Of a stretch of DNA of 64,000 nucleotides, positions 16,813-27,116 are shown in pieces. The DNA comes from Verrucomicrobiales bacterium. Its GTDB lineage: Bacteria; Verrucomicrobiota; Verrucomicrobiia; Verrucomicrobiales; V1-33. The stretch covers positions 35,204-99,203 of the forward strand of contig JANOAV010000057.1 in assembly GCA_031411295.1 (NCBI GenBank), read 5' to 3'. The position numbers and the translations under genes are program-made. Numbering within the stretch: position 1 is the stretch's first letter; each line of letters starts with the position of its first letter. The notes beneath the pieces were generated by a model. It was not told the DNA's origin, did not search any database, and saw only the letters and a list, made by a program, of their open reading frames with translations.

Positions 16813-18381
16813 CTACTTCGTTGCGACAGGCTTCGCGCCTTCGCCAAAGCAGTAGAGGTGCGTTTGGGTGCTGACGAGCAACTTACCGTTGGCGGCCACA
16901 CTGGAGCAGAGGATCGGGCTGGGGAAATCGATGAACGCCAACTTCTTCATTTCCTTGCCCGCAGCCAGGATCGTGAGTTCGCCTTCTTCGTTGCCAATGT
17001 AGATTTTGCCATCGGCCACCAACGTGCTGCCCCAGATGTGACCTTTGGTGTCGAAGGTCCAGTATTTCTTGCCGGTCTCAGCGTCCAAGCAATGCACCAT
17101 GCCAGCGTATTCGGCAATGTAGAGCAGCCCGTCCTGAATGGAAACGGTGCTGATGCTGCGGCCGATATCCTTATAGGTCCAGATGGCTCCATCCTTGGTG
17201 ATATCGCCCTTCTTGGTGGCATCAATGCAGCTCAACATGCCGACGCCTTCACCATGTTCCGGATCCTGACCGATGGCGACATAGACGCGGTTCTTGTAGA
17301 TAACCGGAGTGGAAATGATTTCGCTAGGGCCTTCGGAGGTCGCGTATTTGCGTTTCTGCTCGCTTTGATCGAAACGATACTCATGGGGGTTGGCATCATA
17401 GCGCCAATGTTCGTCCATGATCGCGATATCGTCATCTTTCTTGGAGCCTAGCCCGTAGCTGTAGCACCAGCCATCACCTGCGGCAAAGATGACGCTGGGA
17501 GTGCCGCCGATTTCGCCATAGGCCGGGGACGACCAGGAGCAGTGCAGGATGCGGGTGCTGATCTTGCTGCCTTCTTCGGCAATGTAAGCACCGGTTTTCT
17601 TATCCAAGGAAATGAAGCTGGGAGCCTGCGTGTTGGGAATATTGGTGTGCGTCCAGTCCACGCCATTGGAAGTGGTCACGAAAATTTTGTCGCCCACAAT
17701 GACCGGGCTGCTGCTGGTCATGTTATGGGGGAAGACGCCCAGTTCATCCCGCATGGAGTAGCGCCAGAGGACATCGGCATCCGTGGGCACCACTTCCGCC
17801 ACGGGAGGTGGCGGGGAGTTGGGAGCCGGAGGAGGTGTGAAGTATTTGGCCTCGTCTTTAAAGCCGTCGTTGCCATTGGCCAGACCATTCATGTCCAGCG
17901 CCACCACTTCACATTGATTGGTCACGATGTAGGCTTTGTCCCCTTCGATGCTGGCGGAAGCGCAGATGCCGAGCAATTCCCAGTCGTTCACTTTGCCCGC
18001 CGCCAACTTAGGCACGGCCAGTTGCCAGAGAAATTTGCCGGTTTTCTCATCGAGGCACATCAAGATGCCGCGGTCACCAATCTTGCCCTTGTCGCGTGGC
18101 GAATCGTTGTTGGTGCCAATGATAATCTTCCCGCCGCTGACAGTGGGCGTGCCATAGGTTTGCGAACCTAACTTCACGACCCAGGCGCAGTTTTTCGTGG
18201 TCGCAAGATCGATGTCATCTGTGCCTTTGATTTTCTTCCCCGGAGAGAATTCCGCAGGCAAACCTTTCTCAGAGGAAACCATGTTCCGACCGGGCGTGCC
18301 GGACCACTGGGGCCAGTCGCCTGCGGAAGTGAGTGAAAGGGAAAGAGAGTAAAACGTGAGGAGGAGGGCGGGTGTTTTCAT
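16813..18381 (-). CDS. Secreted PQQ-binding-like beta-propeller protein
   Basis: Signal peptide, DWPQWSG, repeated SSPV/STP...CLD..TGK..W blades. Confidence 0.88.
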   Translation of the reverse strand: MKTPALLLTFYSLSLSLTSAGDWPQWSGTPGRNMVSSEKGLPAEFSPGKKIKGTDDIDLATTKNCAWVVKLGSQTYGTPTVSGGKIIIGTNNDSPRDKGKIGDRGILMCLDEKTGKFLWQLAVPKLAAGKVNDWELLGICASASIEGDKAYIVTNQCEVVALDMNGLANGNDGFKDEAKYFTPPPAPNSPPPPVAEVVPTDADVLWRYSMRDELGVFPHNMTSSSPVIVGDKIFVTTSNGVDWTHTNIPNTQAPSFISLDKKTGAYIAEEGSKISTRILHCSWSSPAYGEIGGTPSVIFAAGDGWCYSYGLGSKKDDDIAIMDEHWRYDANPHEYRFDQSEQKRKYATSEGPSEIISTPVIYKNRVYVAIGQDPEHGEGVGMLSCIDATKKGDITKDGAIWTYKDIGRSISTVSIQDGLLYIAEYAGMVHCLDAETGKKYWTFDTKGHIWGSTLVADGKIYIGNEEGELTILAAGKEMKKLAFIDFPSPILCSSVAANGKLLVSTQTHLYCFGEGAKPVATK

Positions 18382-18430
18382 TGGGAAATATTTTGAGATA
18401 TGACTGATTGGTCAGATTTATCAGTTCAAA

Positions 18431-20722
18431 TTATTTGGCGTTGGGAGTTACAGAAATGTTGTCGATATAAACACGCTTCTGCACGTTCGGGCTGAAGCCG
18501 AAGACGCCCGGAGCGCCTTTAGTGTGGCCGTGCGGTTGTTTGGCTTCGATGGTCCATTCGGCGGGCTCCGGGGTGCCTTTCTCGAAGACCTTGGCGCGGA
18601 CGGTGGCGGTGCCTTCGGCATCCAGGTCCACTTTGGTGGTCATGGTATACCATTGGTTAGACTTCACGGTGAAAGGCACATTGACGCGCAGGCGCTCCAG
18701 GTTGGAGGCGATTTCCACCGTGTTATCATTGCCCTTGATGGTGACTTGATAGCGTTGATTGATCAAGCCCACGTCGGACTTCATCCGGCGGTTGCCATCG
18801 GTCATGAGATCAGCGGAAACGGTGTAGTTGCTGAGCGTTTCCGGCCCGATGAAGGTGAAGGCGCGTTGGAAGAACATTTGATCCAGCGTCTTGGCCAGGA
18901 CTTTATTTCCTTCCAGTTCACGCACTTCCCATTTGAAACGCGCGCCTAGCCATGGGAGCGGCGGATAGGCGAATTTGGTGCCGGTTTCGGTGAGGTGATC
19001 TTGATCCACTGCAAAGCCCTCGAAGTCTTGTTTGATCGGCAAATTCGTCGTCACGCGAGCGCGAATCGTGCCGGTGTGACCTTCCGCATCCGTGGCTTTG
19101 AAAGCACCGGCAGAAAGTTTAGCGGCCGGGCCAGCAGCGAGTTCACCCGCTTCGTTGAAGTCAGCATCGGCGGTAGCTTTGACCTTGGCGGTGGGCGGGA
19201 TGAATTTCTCCCACTTCAGTTTGTCGGCTACCCCTAATCGCTCGCCATGCGCGTCGATTTTATAGACCGTAAATTTAGCGGACTGACCAGGGGCCAGCAG
19301 CACTTCACCCGGCACGGATTGCAGGCCGGTGGCTGGTCCAGGCGTGGGCTTCACCACGGCAGGAATCGGGTCCATCGTAATGGCTCCGCTACCAATGCTG
19401 AAAGCGTAAGTGTGCTTGCGGGTATTCACATAAAGTTTCCCGTCGGCAATCGCTGGGGAACCTTCACCTTCACCATCGAGCATGATTTTTTTGACGATTT
19501 CACCTTTAGCGGCATCCACCACGTAGAGCAGCGCTTCGTAGGAACCACCGGGGCCGGTGGCACCGCCTTTGAGCGGCACGTAAAGCATGCCGTTGGCGTA
19601 GGCGGGGGAGGAATGCAGATTGTCTTCGCTCAACTTCAGGTGCCAGAGTTCCTTGCCCGTCTTGGACTCGTAACCGTAGAGATTTCCGGTGCTCGTGAGT
19701 TGATACAATTTCCCACCTGTCACCACTGGTGAGCTGGACCAAGCCCCGACGGAGGCGCGCCAAGCTTCGGTGGTTGGGGGCAGGGGAGTGGCGTCAGTCT
19801 TGGTGGGGTCCTCTTGCTTGGGCGGAATGGCGGCAGGCAGCTTCAACGCTACTAACCGACCAGACTCAGAGGAATCCAAATTCTCGTCATTGTGAATCCC
19901 GAAAAGCAGGTCGCCTTCCACCACGTTAGCGGCATTCACACCGTTCTTGCTCAGCAGGAAGCGCCAGAGTGGATCGCCCGTGCGGGCGTTGACGCAGACA
20001 ATGTTGCCATCTCCGGTGCCGGCATAAAACACGCGGGTGTTCCAGCGGGTTTCAAAATAAGGCGTGGAGAAGGAACCGTCGATGGGCCGCAAGCCCGGCT
20101 GCGAGCCCCAGACAAAGCCGCCGGTCTTTTTATCGAACGCATAGAAGCGATTCGCAGCAGGGCCGGCCGCTCCCCAGTTGGCGGAAATGCAGTTGATGAT
20201 CACCAAGTCGCCATCCACTGCCGGACAGCCGGTGCGGCCATTTGGAAACGTTAGCCGGCCCGTGGTTTCCATGAGGGAATTCTCCCACACTAACTTGCCG
20301 TCGAGATCATAGGCCATCAGCACGCCCGTGGTTGTCATGAGGAAAATTTGCTTCGTCTCCGGATCATATCCGGGACTGCCGATGCCGTAGCGGTCGTAAA
20401 TGTTATCGCTTAGAAAGTCCCGGAACGTATGCTCCCAGATCACTTTACCGGTGGCTGAATCCACGCAAGCTAACACTTCCATGAGATTTTCTTTCTCCCC
20501 GCGATAGCCAAACAAGAACACTTTCCCGCCGATCACGATGGGCGCGCCCTGGCCCGCCAGATCGATCTTCCAGAGCGGCTCCGGCTTGAATTCATTCTTC
20601 GCATAATGCTCCGGGGAGACCCCGCTCTGGAACGGCCCACGCCACGGGAACCAATCCCCAGCATGAGAAGTTAGCGGAAAGGCGGCAAGGCACAACGGAA
20701 GCAGGAACTGGGAGATTCGCAT
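18431..20722 (-). CDS. Secreted PQQ-binding-like beta-propeller protein with extra C-terminal beta domains
   Basis: Signal peptide, DWFPWRGP, D..TG...W blades. Start set at MRISQF (20722). Confidence 0.88.
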   Translation of the reverse strand: MRISQFLLPLCLAAFPLTSHAGDWFPWRGPFQSGVSPEHYAKNEFKPEPLWKIDLAGQGAPIVIGGKVFLFGYRGEKENLMEVLACVDSATGKVIWEHTFRDFLSDNIYDRYGIGSPGYDPETKQIFLMTTTGVLMAYDLDGKLVWENSLMETTGRLTFPNGRTGCPAVDGDLVIINCISANWGAAGPAANRFYAFDKKTGGFVWGSQPGLRPIDGSFSTPYFETRWNTRVFYAGTGDGNIVCVNARTGDPLWRFLLSKNGVNAANVVEGDLLFGIHNDENLDSSESGRLVALKLPAAIPPKQEDPTKTDATPLPPTTEAWRASVGAWSSSPVVTGGKLYQLTSTGNLYGYESKTGKELWHLKLSEDNLHSSPAYANGMLYVPLKGGATGPGGSYEALLYVVDAAKGEIVKKIMLDGEGEGSPAIADGKLYVNTRKHTYAFSIGSGAITMDPIPAVVKPTPGPATGLQSVPGEVLLAPGQSAKFTVYKIDAHGERLGVADKLKWEKFIPPTAKVKATADADFNEAGELAAGPAAKLSAGAFKATDAEGHTGTIRARVTTNLPIKQDFEGFAVDQDHLTETGTKFAYPPLPWLGARFKWEVRELEGNKVLAKTLDQMFFQRAFTFIGPETLSNYTVSADLMTDGNRRMKSDVGLINQRYQVTIKGNDNTVEIASNLERLRVNVPFTVKSNQWYTMTTKVDLDAEGTATVRAKVFEKGTPEPAEWTIEAKQPHGHTKGAPGVFGFSPNVQKRVYIDNISVTPNAK

Positions 20723-20905
20723 GAAGTTTGAAATAAGGGTAAATACCAACGAACACCTGCACGCGGCACCTCCGAAGTCAACCGCCCGCCATGCTACGCA
20801 GAAACGTTGAGTTGAAGTGACATTGGTGTCATGCAGGAGCGAATGAGCGCTGCTGGTCGCCTGCTTGCTGAATCCTCTCTCGCGACATGAATCCAGTCCG
20901 CCGCA

Positions 20906-23371
20906 TTAGGGTTGCTGCCACGCATAGAGTTGCATGTAGGTTTTACCCTTGCCTACGGCCGTGAATGGCGAGGCTTGAGTTTCTCCCCCTAACCAGTCTG
21001 CGATTTTGGCATCATGAACCAACGTGAAGCCCTGGCTACGGAGGCCAGCCAAGACGGCCAAGGCCTGGTCCGTGTTCGCTTGATTGAGATGCAGCTCGGC
21101 CAGGATGGCCTTCACGCGTCGAATGGCACCCGTTTCCAGGAGGCGCTCCAGGCAGGTAAACTCAGCGCCTTCGATGTCGAGTTTCAACAGATCCACGCCA
21201 TCTCCAATCGCTTGGGCGATGTCTGTCGTGGGGACTAGAAGGGTCCCCTCTGGGCTGAGCTGGCCGCGGTCATCCGCCACGCCCGAGAAGTTCAGCGTGC
21301 CCTCGGAATGCCAGAGGGCGTCGGGTAGGACCTGCACATCCTGCACGCCGGCCTGCGCCAAATTTGCTTTGATCAGGGTTACCAGCCGGGGGTCTGGCTC
21401 ATAGACCCTAATCTCCGCATCCGGAAACGTTTGGCGAAACCATAGCGCGGAGAGACCGACGTTGCCTCCGCCATCAATGATGCGGCGGACGGGTTCCTGC
21501 GGTTGGAAACCATAGTTATCGTTGAGGTAAATATCTTCGATCTGCGGAGGCACGGTGGCCATGACTTCGGCTTGCACCACTCCCCAGGGGAAACGCCACT
21601 GATGAATCGCAGCGCTATTTTGCAGTGCGCTGCGCAACGCTTTCACGTCCTGTTTGACCAAAGATTTCCAAGCTGGCGAGCCCCACTCCGGACCTGATGG
21701 TTCCGGCTTTTCGGGCGGGAGCACTGCGTCGCTTGGTTTGGCAGGCACGATCTGGGCGGGCGGAGCTCCAACGGGATGCGATTGGGTCGTCAACGGTCGT
21801 CCCCCCAACGTTTCGAGGCGTGTCGCCAGGGCGGCGGCATAGTCTGCCGTGCGGAAACGTTGGCGGATCAATCCCGGGCCCTCTGTGGCCACCCGAGCCC
21901 GCAGAGCCCGGTCCCCCAGAATGCGTTCGATGGCTAACCGGGATGCTTCCATGTCCATGGAGGGGACAACGGCTCCGAAGCCAGTTTCCTGAATCAGGCT
22001 GGAGGTGCCCTGCCCGCGGTCGAAACCGAGCACGGGCCGCCCCAGTGCCATGGCTTCCAGCACCACGCTGGGGAAGGGATCGAGGCGCGAGCACATCATC
22101 ACCAGGCTGGCGGTGGCATAGGCCTCCGTTGGATCCTCCATTTCCCCCACGTGATGGAAACGATCGGCCACACCATTGGCTTCCAGTGAGTGCATCCCGT
22201 GGAAATAGAGAGGCTGGTCATAAATTTTCCCTAACCACACGAAATGGGTGTTGGCGGCACGCGGTGAATAGCGAGAGAAGTGGATGGCAAAAGAGGTAAA
22301 CCAATCGAATCCCTTGCGGGTATCCACGGTGCCACAAGCCAGCACCACCTCCGCATCGGGCGGGAGCTTAAGATGAGCCCGGCCCGCTGCACCATCACTT
22401 TTGGTCTTGCCCGCAGCATCCCCAGCCTCGACCATGTAGGCCCCCTGCGGGAGGATGCTTGTGAGCTTGCCGTGATTAGCCGCAGCGGCGGCATAGTGGC
22501 CCCTAACTTCCTCGCAAGGGAAGATAATTTCTGAGCAGGCGGCCATCATCGGCTCCACCAAGGCGGGGCCAAAAGCATGCGGAAATTCATGCACCAAAGC
22601 GATGACCTTGAAGCCGCTGCTTTGCAAGGCCTTGGCCAGCGGAGCGGTGCACAGGGAATTCACCAGTGCCGCCGGATGCGCATTCGCAAACAGGGCGGTC
22701 AGGAGTTTGGTGGCAGTTTTCGGCTCTCCAGTTAGTAACGCATCCATTCCTGTCACCACGGGACCGAGTCGGGCAAATTCCGCCGTGAGTGGTCCGGCGG
22801 GCCCAAGACACAAAGTCATGATTTGGCACTGTTTGGCGGAGGCAAACTCTCGGGCTATCGAAAGGGCGATCAAAGGTGCTCCAGAACGCTGGAGTTCGTG
22901 AATTCCCAGAACCATGACCTTACGCCCAGGCTCCATCACCCTAATGGCCTCCTGCAGTGTATCCATCCCCAGATGGCTGCTTAGGTCGGCCTGGCCGATC
23001 AGTTTCAATAACTTGCGTTTCGCCAACGTGCGTCCCCCTTTGGGAAAATCAATCGCAGGCTCCAACAGGCGGAACGAAAATGGAATCTCAATCTCTGGAT
23101 AGTGCAACCAAACCATGGGCACCGGAAAAGCGAAGCCGCACTGCGGCGGAAGGCCTTCGTGGGCACAAGGAAGATTGGCTTGGGTAGTGCCGATGATGGC
23201 CCCATCTCCGTCCAGCAGAGCCACGGTTAGGGGAATCTCAGGGCTGCCCTCATAATAAGCTGCGCCCCGCAGATACATTCCTTCCAAGCCGAAGAACCGC
23301 CGCACGACGGTTCCTTTGCCAGAGCGTTTCTTGAAATTAAGTAATCGTGAGAGCATACAAGGGTTACTCAT
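20906..23371 (-). CDS. GT4 glycosyltransferase fused to an FkbM-family methyltransferase
   Basis: HELQRSGAP, RKGFD, SRLDPFPSVVLEAMALG; Pro-rich linker; IIDGGGNVG, YEP, LKLDIEGAE. Confidence 0.88.
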   Translation of the reverse strand: MSNPCMLSRLLNFKKRSGKGTVVRRFFGLEGMYLRGAAYYEGSPEIPLTVALLDGDGAIIGTTQANLPCAHEGLPPQCGFAFPVPMVWLHYPEIEIPFSFRLLEPAIDFPKGGRTLAKRKLLKLIGQADLSSHLGMDTLQEAIRVMEPGRKVMVLGIHELQRSGAPLIALSIAREFASAKQCQIMTLCLGPAGPLTAEFARLGPVVTGMDALLTGEPKTATKLLTALFANAHPAALVNSLCTAPLAKALQSSGFKVIALVHEFPHAFGPALVEPMMAACSEIIFPCEEVRGHYAAAAANHGKLTSILPQGAYMVEAGDAAGKTKSDGAAGRAHLKLPPDAEVVLACGTVDTRKGFDWFTSFAIHFSRYSPRAANTHFVWLGKIYDQPLYFHGMHSLEANGVADRFHHVGEMEDPTEAYATASLVMMCSRLDPFPSVVLEAMALGRPVLGFDRGQGTSSLIQETGFGAVVPSMDMEASRLAIERILGDRALRARVATEGPGLIRQRFRTADYAAALATRLETLGGRPLTTQSHPVGAPPAQIVPAKPSDAVLPPEKPEPSGPEWGSPAWKSLVKQDVKALRSALQNSAAIHQWRFPWGVVQAEVMATVPPQIEDIYLNDNYGFQPQEPVRRIIDGGGNVGLSALWFRQTFPDAEIRVYEPDPRLVTLIKANLAQAGVQDVQVLPDALWHSEGTLNFSGVADDRGQLSPEGTLLVPTTDIAQAIGDGVDLLKLDIEGAEFTCLERLLETGAIRRVKAILAELHLNQANTDQALAVLAGLRSQGFTLVHDAKIADWLGGETQASPFTAVGKGKTYMQLYAWQQP

Positions 23372-23455
23372 GAGCCGTGCTGAGAGAATCAAGCAAGGCT
23401 AATTTTCCCCGTAGTGGAAACCAAAGGAAGCAGCAGCCATGCACCGCTGTAGGCA

Positions 23456-25549
23456 CTACAAACCGGGGCCGCTCCGCCAAGGCTGCTCCGTCTGCGGTTC
23501 ACCGAGGTGCGGGTAGCCGTCGTCCAGTCTAAGTTGAGGATTGAAGAAAGGATCCACTAATAAAGTCTGCCCCCACTGCGCATGCAGCCAAGCTGCCGCA
23601 TCTTTGCCGAGAGGAACTGAGCGGGTTTCCTTCTGTGTTAGGGAGGCCACGGGAGTGCAAAGATTGCGAAATCCTGCCGCCCGAAGCCGCAGGCAGAGGT
23701 CCAAATCCGCGCCTTGATCCGTCAGTGCGTTGGCCTCGAAGCTGCCAACGGCGGCAAACGTCTGGCGTCGCACGGCCAAGCAGTCGCCACTCACCGCAGC
23801 CACCTCCCGCACGTGATCAGGCCTGCCCCAAAGCGTGCGGGCGGAGGGATGGGCTCCTCGAAAGAGCTGTGTCGCCAGGCCTGCCCCTCCCAGGACTATT
23901 CCCGCTTCAGCCACCAAGCCATTGGCCGCCAACCAGCGCGGCCCTACGGCACCAACCTCAGGCCGGGCGGCTTGGCTGACCAATTCGCGGAGCCAGCCGG
24001 CTGCGGGAGGCACGAGGTGATCGGTAAGAAATACGAGGTAGTCCGCCTCGGATTGCGCTGCGGCCCAGTTCTTGGCTGCTGCTGGATTCATGCCTGCAGG
24101 AGTCTGAAGTTGGCGCTGCCGAGGATGTGGCGCCAGAGGTCTGGCGCAATCAAGGATAAGGATCAGGCACGGCGGATCTTGCGGGAGCGCCAGTTCCAGG
24201 AGGACTTGGATCAAGCTGTCCAGGTCCCCATCATCAGCAGAGGCCCGGATAATAATACTGATGCTGGGAGGAGGATCCGGGAGTGGCCAGTGCACCAGTT
24301 TAAGGCGGCCCAAACTCGGCACCACGGTTACTGCGGCACCTCTGGGGCCGAGGAAGTCTTGGAGCGATTTCAGACCAGCCGTGGTGGCATAGGGCTTGGC
24401 GGTCAGACTGGAGCTGACGGAGCTGGCGAGGATGCGCCAATGATAGATCATCCGTGGGATCAGGCGAATCTGTTGAGGTTCAAGTTGGTCCGCTACGCGC
24501 AACGCCAAATCCCAATCCTGGCTTCCCTCCCTTCCCAGTCGGAAGCCACCCACCGCGCGCAGTAAGGCGGTGCGGTAAGTGCCGAAGTGGCTGACGCTGT
24601 TTTCCTGCAGCATCATTTCGAGGTTCCAGCCGGTTTTGAAAAATGGGTCGCTGCGCCTGCCATGATCGTCTATTTTATCTTCGTTAGTGAAAATAATGCC
24701 CACATCGGGATGCTGGAGAATTTCCCAGGCCAGGAAGTAGAGTGCGGTCGGGGGAAGATCGTCGTCGTTATCATACAACGCGGTGAACTCCCCGGTGCAA
24801 AGCTCCAAAGCAGTATTGGAGGCGGCACTGATGTGCCCATTCTGCGGGCGGAATGCCACCTTGATGCGTGGGTCCATGGCGGCATAACGCTGAAGCACCC
24901 GGATTACCTTGGGGTCAGTGGAGGCATCGTCCGCAATGCAGAGTTCCCAATGAGGATAGGTTTGTTCCAGCACGGCTTGGATCGCACGTTCCAGCCAGCG
25001 GGGCGGAGGATTGTAAACTGGCATGAGGACGGAGATCAACGGATGTGACGGCCAGGTCCGCACATGCTCCCGGAGCAGCGGCAACTCGCTGGCTGGTATG
25101 TCGGTCTGTTCACACCAAATTTGATAGGGAGTCGGCGGGCTTTGCGATTTGCGCCAGGGACGCAGCCATTTCCAAAACGGTGAGAGGTAGCAATGCAGGA
25201 CGGCAACTGAGTGCCATTTCCCCTGCGCATCTTTGTATTCCAAGGTGAGGAGGTTCCAGCAAAGGTCCAGCTCCAGCAGGATGAGGAAGCCACTGAGCAG
25301 ACTGTCGGGATGATCAGGATATTGTTGGTGGACCTCCGGACGCTCGCGCTTGCGGCGGGCGGTAACGCAATTGGTGCCCCGGCGTAGCCGCAGTCCATAA
25401 ATGGGCTCGTTCTGGGGGGCCAAGAACCAACCCTGCACTTCGCAGGCTGGTTCCAGGGCCTCCACGACCAGATCCGCTTTGCGACGCGTGGCTGCGGCAG
25501 CGCTGGGCAGGAGCGAGGGGGTCACTGCAAGGTCGAAATGTGCAAGCAT
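23456..25549 (-). CDS. GT2 family glycosyltransferase (two GT-A domains, second degenerate)
   Basis: ISVLMPVYN, WELCIADDAS, NGHISAASN, GSQDWDLALR; second domain AVSGDCLAVRR, DLDLCLRL, DPFFNP. Confidence 0.9.
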   Translation of the reverse strand: MLAHFDLAVTPSLLPSAAAATRRKADLVVEALEPACEVQGWFLAPQNEPIYGLRLRRGTNCVTARRKRERPEVHQQYPDHPDSLLSGFLILLELDLCWNLLTLEYKDAQGKWHSVAVLHCYLSPFWKWLRPWRKSQSPPTPYQIWCEQTDIPASELPLLREHVRTWPSHPLISVLMPVYNPPPRWLERAIQAVLEQTYPHWELCIADDASTDPKVIRVLQRYAAMDPRIKVAFRPQNGHISAASNTALELCTGEFTALYDNDDDLPPTALYFLAWEILQHPDVGIIFTNEDKIDDHGRRSDPFFKTGWNLEMMLQENSVSHFGTYRTALLRAVGGFRLGREGSQDWDLALRVADQLEPQQIRLIPRMIYHWRILASSVSSSLTAKPYATTAGLKSLQDFLGPRGAAVTVVPSLGRLKLVHWPLPDPPPSISIIIRASADDGDLDSLIQVLLELALPQDPPCLILILDCARPLAPHPRQRQLQTPAGMNPAAAKNWAAAQSEADYLVFLTDHLVPPAAGWLRELVSQAARPEVGAVGPRWLAANGLVAEAGIVLGGAGLATQLFRGAHPSARTLWGRPDHVREVAAVSGDCLAVRRQTFAAVGSFEANALTDQGADLDLCLRLRAAGFRNLCTPVASLTQKETRSVPLGKDAAAWLHAQWGQTLLVDPFFNPQLRLDDGYPHLGEPQTEQPWRSGPGL

Positions 25550-25563
25550 CGGGCGGAGAAGAG

Positions 25564-26634
25564 TTACTTTTCTGGAGGCAGGGGTGTTTGCAGAAGTTGC
25601 TGGAGCACTTGTGCCAGCAGCATCTGATCTTCGGAAAATGGATTGTAGGTTACTTTTCCCACATGAAATGCGAATGGCCGGCCCTGGTGCAAGAACTGCT
25701 CCCAGCGCTGCTGCACTGGCTCGGGAATGAAAGGGAAAGGCGTGGTGAGCCAGTAATGCCTGCGTTTAGGATAGGCCGTCAGCGCCTGCGGAATCGCCCA
25801 GTGGCAAAGTCTAAAAAGCAGGGGAATCTTCCGGGCATAATAAATGGCGGTGTAGCCATACTTAACGGTTCGGTGATAGCGTTCATAGATGTGGTGGCCA
25901 ATGTCGCGTCTGGGGTCCCAAGACCACTTGCGGCAGGTTAATCTCCACGCTGTCAGCAGTGAGCCCCACCCCAGCTGGCTCACCAATTGGAGGATCCGTG
26001 GCCAGAGTTTTGGGGTAGCTTGGCAGATCTCTCTAACTTGCTGATGATACTGCTGTTGCCGGTCAACGCTACGGCTCACTGGTGGCGTGAAGTCTAAATC
26101 GAATCGATGCTGCTGATGCAGGGCTCGACGATTGATAAAAAGGCAGATTCCGGTGGGGAAGTAATGGTAGGTGCGCCCGAAGACGTTGAAGGCCCCAAGG
26201 CGTTCGGGGTGATACGGTGTGCCCCAGAACATCAAGGATTCTTTTTTCATCAATGCGGGCACTTTTTGGAGCCAGCGGGGCAGGACGATGAAGCAGTCAG
26301 GATCGATGATCAGCAGGTGTTGGGTGGTGGCATAAGCCACGGCAATGTTCAGTGCCTTGGCGTGGTGCAGCGAGCCATAGGCTACAGTGTTGCGTTCGGT
26401 GGAAAGAGCCAGCGGACCGGGAATGACGTAGAAATCCGGGTCGTCCTCCTGTAATTCTTCGGCGCGTTCCGGCTCGGGAGTGTTCTGCACCACCAACCAA
26501 TAAATGGGGGTGTCCGGGTTCAGATGCCGCATCAGCGCCAAGTTCTGGCGCAGCAATGCCGTCGAACGAAAGCAGACGGAAACGATGGTTAGGCCCATGG
26601 CGGGCGCGGCTTGGAAGTATTGCTGGAGGGTCAT
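25564..26634 (-). CDS. Divergent GT-A-like (glycosyltransferase-related) protein
   Basis: LTIVSV, HAKALN, LLIIDPDCF (DxD); inside the glycan operon with an ATGA overlap. Confidence 0.6.
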   Translation of the reverse strand: MTLQQYFQAAPAMGLTIVSVCFRSTALLRQNLALMRHLNPDTPIYWLVVQNTPEPERAEELQEDDPDFYVIPGPLALSTERNTVAYGSLHHAKALNIAVAYATTQHLLIIDPDCFIVLPRWLQKVPALMKKESLMFWGTPYHPERLGAFNVFGRTYHYFPTGICLFINRRALHQQHRFDLDFTPPVSRSVDRQQQYHQQVREICQATPKLWPRILQLVSQLGWGSLLTAWRLTCRKWSWDPRRDIGHHIYERYHRTVKYGYTAIYYARKIPLLFRLCHWAIPQALTAYPKRRHYWLTTPFPFIPEPVQQRWEQFLHQGRPFAFHVGKVTYNPFSEDQMLLAQVLQQLLQTPLPPEK

Positions 26635-27116
26635 CGGCGGGGCTCCGTCAAGTTCAGTTCATAGCGCAGCAGGCCGGGGCTCTCCTCGCCACACGCGGTG
26701 TAGCCAAGCTTGGTGTGGAGGGCCAGGGAGTTGCTGTTGTCCGCCCGGATGGTGGCGATTAATTTAGGTGCGACCCCTGGAGGCGGGGATTGCTCGGTTA
26801 GGAAACGCAACATGGTTCCGCCCAGGCCCTGCTGGCGAAAGGCTGGAGCCACGCAGACGGTGAGCAGGGCACCGGCAGGTTCATAGGCTAAGGCCGCATA
26901 GGCACAGGGCACGCCGGTGGCATCCCGCGCCAGCCAGACGCGGTAGTTTTTATTGCCAGGAGCAGAGTAGTTCCGTTTCCACCAGCGGGCTTGGGCCAGT
27001 GGACTGATATAGCCGCTGTGGTTCGTGAGCCAAGCCCGACAATCATTACGGATGGCAGCCACGGCCAGCGCATCAGCCAGTGAATTGAGAGCAGTGATGT
27101 TCAGGGATGACTTCAT
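26631..27116 (-). CDS. GNAT N-acetyltransferase (PseH/WecD-like context)
   Basis: VAPAFRQQGLG motif A, NSNSLALHTKLGY; start at 27116 overlaps the aminotransferase stop. Confidence 0.85.
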   Translation of the reverse strand: MKSSLNITALNSLADALAVAAIRNDCRAWLTNHSGYISPLAQARWWKRNYSAPGNKNYRVWLARDATGVPCAYAALAYEPAGALLTVCVAPAFRQQGLGGTMLRFLTEQSPPPGVAPKLIATIRADNSNSLALHTKLGYTACGEESPGLLRYELNLTEPRR

